A DNA stretch of 64,000 bases from Dipteris shenzhenensis (lineage: Eukaryota): the NCBI GenBank assembly GCA_047967505.1, contig CM106538.1, one strand, 5' to 3'. This document shows, piece by piece, positions 60,144 through 64,000 of the stretch. The first letter of the stretch is position 1, and every line of letters starts with the position of its first letter. The notes under the pieces are model-generated. The model was not told the origin of the DNA, searched no databases, and saw only the letters and a list, made by a program, of their open reading frames with translations. A program made the position numbers and the translations under genes.

Positions 60144-62718
60144 TGTAAGAAAACAATACAACGTCTGTGCTCAACAGATAACAGGATCTCGTATGCAAGA
60201 GAGAAAAGCAGATAGTATGGAGAATCAAAAATTTGATTACTGTAGAACTGATACAATAGATGGCGCTGCCTCCCAACTGTGCACTCCTGTGAAAGAAGCT
60301 TCGATGGCGTGCTGGAAACAGTAGAGGACGGAGACTGGATGCTAAGGAATCAGGGTTGCTGTAGCCAGTGATGAAATAGGCTTCACGGGCTTGCTCTATA
60401 ACCAAGCTACTCAAATGCCTTCTCCTCATATGGGGGGCTTACAAGTAGAGTTAGCTGGTTCCCGCGTAGTTACACGAGAGTGGAGCATTGATATCTAACA
60501 CCCCCCCTCAATGTCCACCCGCAAGTGAACTTACTTTTTCGGCCCAATGCCAAGTCGATGAAGATGCCTCTCCAGCAAGTCTCTTCCAAGAGCCTTCGTG
60601 AAGATGTTCGCAGCATTCTCTGTAGTCGGACAGTACACCAAGTCGACCTCTCCATCCATGATGAGCTCGCGTACAAAGTGATATTGAATCTCAATGTGTT
60701 TTGTGTGAGTGTGGAACACAGGGTTCTTTCCAATTGCCATGCAACTCTGATTGTCACATGATAACTGCGTTGGCTTGTTCTGCACTGCACCCATGTCCCC
60801 TAAAATCCTCCTCAACCATACTGCCTCGCAAGAAGCAAAGCATGCTGATTTGTACTCAGCCTCGGTAGAAGAAAGAGCAACTGTGGGTTGCTTCTTGCTG
60901 ACTCATGACACAGTGGGAGGGGGGGGGGGGCATGGGGGGCCTCCAGATCCAAGTGAGAAACAGTAATCTGTCACTGATCTCCTACTGTCCACGTCTCCTG
61001 CCTAATCCGAGTCACAGAATCCGGTCAAGATGTTGCCCTTGGTATAGGTGATGCCATAATCAAGTGTGCCTTTGATGTATTTCAGCACCCGCATCCCTGC
61101 CCTCCAATGGTTCTCCCGGGGCTTATTGGAAAACTTGCTTAGTACACCAGTCGCAAAGCTGATGTCCGGCCGCGTGTTGCACAAGTAAATCAAGCTGCCC
61201 ACAAGCCTTCTGTACTTCGCTTTGTCCACCAGTGGTGATGAATCCTCGTTTGAGAGCTTCACGTCAACCTCCATAGGGGTGCCAACTGTCTTGCACTCAG
61301 CCATTCCAAATGCCTTCAGTATCTCTCCAGCATACTTCAGCTGTGAAATGAAGATTTGTTTTGGATTTTGCATCATTGCCGACTGCTACTAGGATGTTAT
61401 TCCCTACCGGTTGTAGAGAGGTATACCAATCCTTCCGATTGGTCATGTGGTGCGATGCACCACGGTCAATAATCCAAGGTTCATCCGCAGGTACATGAAT
61501 TGCCTCCGTGCAAATCTCCTCAATTGCTACGAACAGCTCTACTGGTACTGCCTGCGCGCTGTTGCTAGACTCTTTCTTTACTCCGTTCTTTTGATCTGCA
61601 ATCTTCTTTCGGCACTCATTTTGCTTGTGCCCTGCCTTGTTACAATAGAAGCACTTGATCTTCTTCTTTCTCTTTTTATCATCAGAAGAAGATGGGTTAC
61701 CAGAGTCCTTACCCTTACCTTTCTTTGATCCAGCGTAGAAAGCCGAATCTTCTCCAGTCCTCGTCTTTCGACGCATCTCCTCCTCCAGAAGCATTGCGCT
61801 GAAATCCTCAAAGTTGAGGGGCGGATTTCTGTTCTGCGTATTCAGCCCTGTAACAAGACCGTCGTACTTTGGTGGGAGAATTCGTATGCACCTTCGTGCT
61901 AGATTCTCGCTGGTGATGGTGATGCCAATCGCAGTCATCTGATCGCGCAGATTCTTCACCCTGGTGATGAACTTCTCTGCCGCTTCAGACTCGGATAGTT
62001 TCTCGTTCGTGAGTCGAGTCTCCAGATTTTGAATCCGCGTCTGATTCGTGGTCTCGTATTGATTTTTCAAGACCGTCCATGCCTCCTCCGCTGTGGTGAC
62101 ATGTTGAATAAACGCCATGACAAAATCACTTACACTGCAGACAATAGAACACAGCGCATTTGCATTTCTTCTTGTCCACGTGAGAATCTCATCCGCAATT
62201 GGTACTATCTGTTGTTCTGCATTGGCTGGATCCGGTCTCGGAACCGGCTTCATGTCCACCCTAGTAGCAGTATCCCAAAGCTCGTATGCGCTTAGGATGG
62301 TCTTCATCTTGAACTTCCAGAGTAGATAGTTAGTGCCGTCCAACTTTCCGCTTTCGCCGAACGGTGGGATTCGCAGTCTTGCGGGCTGGGCATCTCTTAC
62401 AATCTGCTCGCAAACAGAAACACACTACCAAATCTTCTTGCTAGAGTCCAAGCTCTGATACCATGTAAGAAAACAATACAACGTCTGTGCTCAACAGATA
62501 ACAGGATCTCGTATGCAAGAGAGAAAAGCAGATAGTATGGAGAATAAAAAATTTGATTACTGTAGAACTGATACAATAAATGGCGCTGCCTCCCAACCGT
62601 GCGCTCCTGTGAAAAGAAGCTTCGATGGCGTGCTGGAAATAGTAGAGGACGGAGGATGGATGCTAAGGAATCAGGGTTGTTGTAGCCAGTGATGAAATAG
62701 GCTTTATGGGCTTGCTCT
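60144..62718 (-). mobile_element. Ty1/Copia element, internally deleted (gag-protease joined to RT C-half and RNase H), 5' LTR truncated
   Basis: LTRs 60144-60500 and 62464-62718; PBS TGGTATCAGAGCT (62451-62463, minus); PPT TGAGGGGGGG; CFYCNKAGHKQNEC, WIIDRGASHHM, IFISQLKY, SSTEAEY, KHIEIQYHF. Confidence 0.93.
61297..62343 (-). CDS. Copia gag plus protease start (348 aa)
   Basis: DGTNYLLWKFKM, EAWTVLKNQY, CCHC knuckle, IID(R)GASHHM. Confidence 0.88.
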   Translation of the reverse strand: MDGTNYLLWKFKMKTILSAYELWDTATRVDMKPVPRPDPANAEQQIVPIADEILTWTRRNANALCSIVCSVSDFVMAFIQHVTTAEEAWTVLKNQYETTNQTRIQNLETRLTNEKLSESEAAEKFITRVKNLRDQMTAIGITITSENLARRCIRILPPKYDGLVTGLNTQNRNPPLNFEDFSAMLLEEEMRRKTRTGEDSAFYAGSKKGKGKDSGNPSSSDDKKRKKKIKCFYCNKAGHKQNECRKKIADQKNGVKKESSNSAQAVPVELFVAIEEICTEAIHVPADEPWIIDRGASHHMTNRKDWYTSLQPVGNNILVAVGNDAKSKTNLHFTAEVCWRDTEGIWNG

Positions 62719-62881
62719 TACATAGCCACCAGTCGTAGTCGATTAGACCCAATTGGGTGACCGACCCAGTCCGCCCAAAACGGCCGACTGGGGCTCGGTC
62801 CTGAAATAGGCCACCGAACACACAATAGAATCGTGGCACAAAATAGAGCAATTGACCTACGGCCATCTGGGATCATCTGGG

Positions 62882-64000
62882 GCCACCCCACGCTTAGCCA
62901 ACACCACATAGGAAGCACGACACCTATCATGACATACACTTTGATCACAGCCTCTCACTGGCCTACTTTGGACGCCTAAACAGACTCCTAACCTACATTG
63001 ATCAAATACCACTCGTGCTGCCGTGATTAGTCGCACACTCCACGAGGCTGCCCTTCAAATCTTTCCCCACACCACACGGTCTACTAGACCACCATCTCTT
63101 GGTGTTGTACCCTGCAACAACTGGTACGATGCGGAGTGCAAGGCTTATCGCCGCTAGCTCTGACTTGAAACCAGATGTCACCTCCCAAATACACTAAACA
63201 CGGTACGCAAGTATCGACGTCTCGTACGTCGGAAGAAGCAGACATTTCTTCGTCGAAATGAGGAGGAGCTACTGAACATCTTGTATAGCAACAACTCTAA
63301 GGATTTTTGGCGGAGATTCCTTGAGCGTAGGTCTCCATCACCCCTCACCGACACGAGAGTTTGGCACACGTATGCACACCATCTTTATGATGTCCCACAC
63401 CAGCCCACTCCAAATCTCATACACACACCTCGCCCCACCACTTGCACGTTGTTCACCAAAGGGCCGAGTCAAGGACGTGACATTGAAAGTGCACAATGGC
63501 CGAGCTAAGGATCGTGAGGGGCTATGCATTGAGTTTATTGCATATGTGATCGACACGTTAGCCCTGATCCTAGCAAAGCTATTCAATGACGCTGTTTGCC
63601 TTGGCTTCCCCCGCACTTCGCCATATGCACCTACATCAGGATATCCCAGACCTTTCATCCCGCGGGAAAGTTCTCCTTGTTTGAGACTTCAACGCCAGGA
63701 TGAGTACGCGACAGGCACCACTCCTGGACTTCCGAGACGACTCTATGATGCTACCAGACATGGACCTAGATGGAGCAGGTATGACTAGGACCTCATCGGA
63801 CCGACACGGGCCTGTTACACCATATGGACACGCGCTCCTTGATTTGGGTAGGATGCATGATCTCATCATCTACAACGGGCTCGACCTATGGCCCTCCTCA
63901 GGTGGTTTTACTTGCTTCCCACATGGGGGGGGGCACTAGTGTAGTAGATTACATCATGGGATCCCCTACCTTCACTTCATGTATCACCGACTTCACCGTA
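62882..64000 (+). mobile_element. Two abutting RTE-X-like fragments in sense orientation (linker 62882-63617, then EN region 63618-64000)
   Basis: Closely similar to the reverse complement of 14077-14940; GGFTCFPHGG, SVVDYIMGSP. Confidence 0.88.

Noticed and set aside
60915-60950. Poly-G tract in Copia RNase H (also poly-C at 53361) as a functional G-quadruplex
   Set aside because: Homopolymer expansions that disrupt coding sequence; slippage or sequencing error is more likely
47885-64000. Further host exons
   Set aside because: No phase-2 exon with a plausible coiled-coil continuation was found by eye; the region is accounted for by TEs, though a small exon could have been missed

Overview
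Eukaryotic nuclear DNA from a land plant, probably a large-genome seed-free plant such as a fern (inference from the gene, the intron sizes and the abundance of RTE-X-like LINEs). The window holds the middle of one + strand host gene: 13 GT-AG exons between 3666 and 47884, 4820 nt or about 1606 codons in one continuous frame. They encode a large conserved plant protein of unknown function (alpha-helical/ARM-like body with a coiled-coil toward the C-terminus). Its introns (13.4 kb, 23.6 kb, and one of at least 16 kb) are filled with nested retroelements: about 12 RTE-X-like LINE pieces (mostly antisense), about 8 L1-like LINE pieces, two Ty3/Gypsy and three Ty1/Copia elements, nearly all truncated or internally deleted. 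The most unusual signals are: (1) an array of about 14 short, often UNCG-capped hairpins with symmetric stem changes in a Gypsy LTR; (2) canonical PCNA-binding PIP boxes in a C-terminal tail of the RTE-X ORF; (3) an L1 family that inserts immediately 5' of GTG(T/A) in microsatellites; (4) dense single-motif arrays (CCGTAC, TGACGTGGCA) in the leaders of unrelated retroelements; (5) an intact extra ORF upstream of gag in a young chromovirus. All calls were made by eye with no database searches, and element boundaries are approximate unless a junction motif is quoted.
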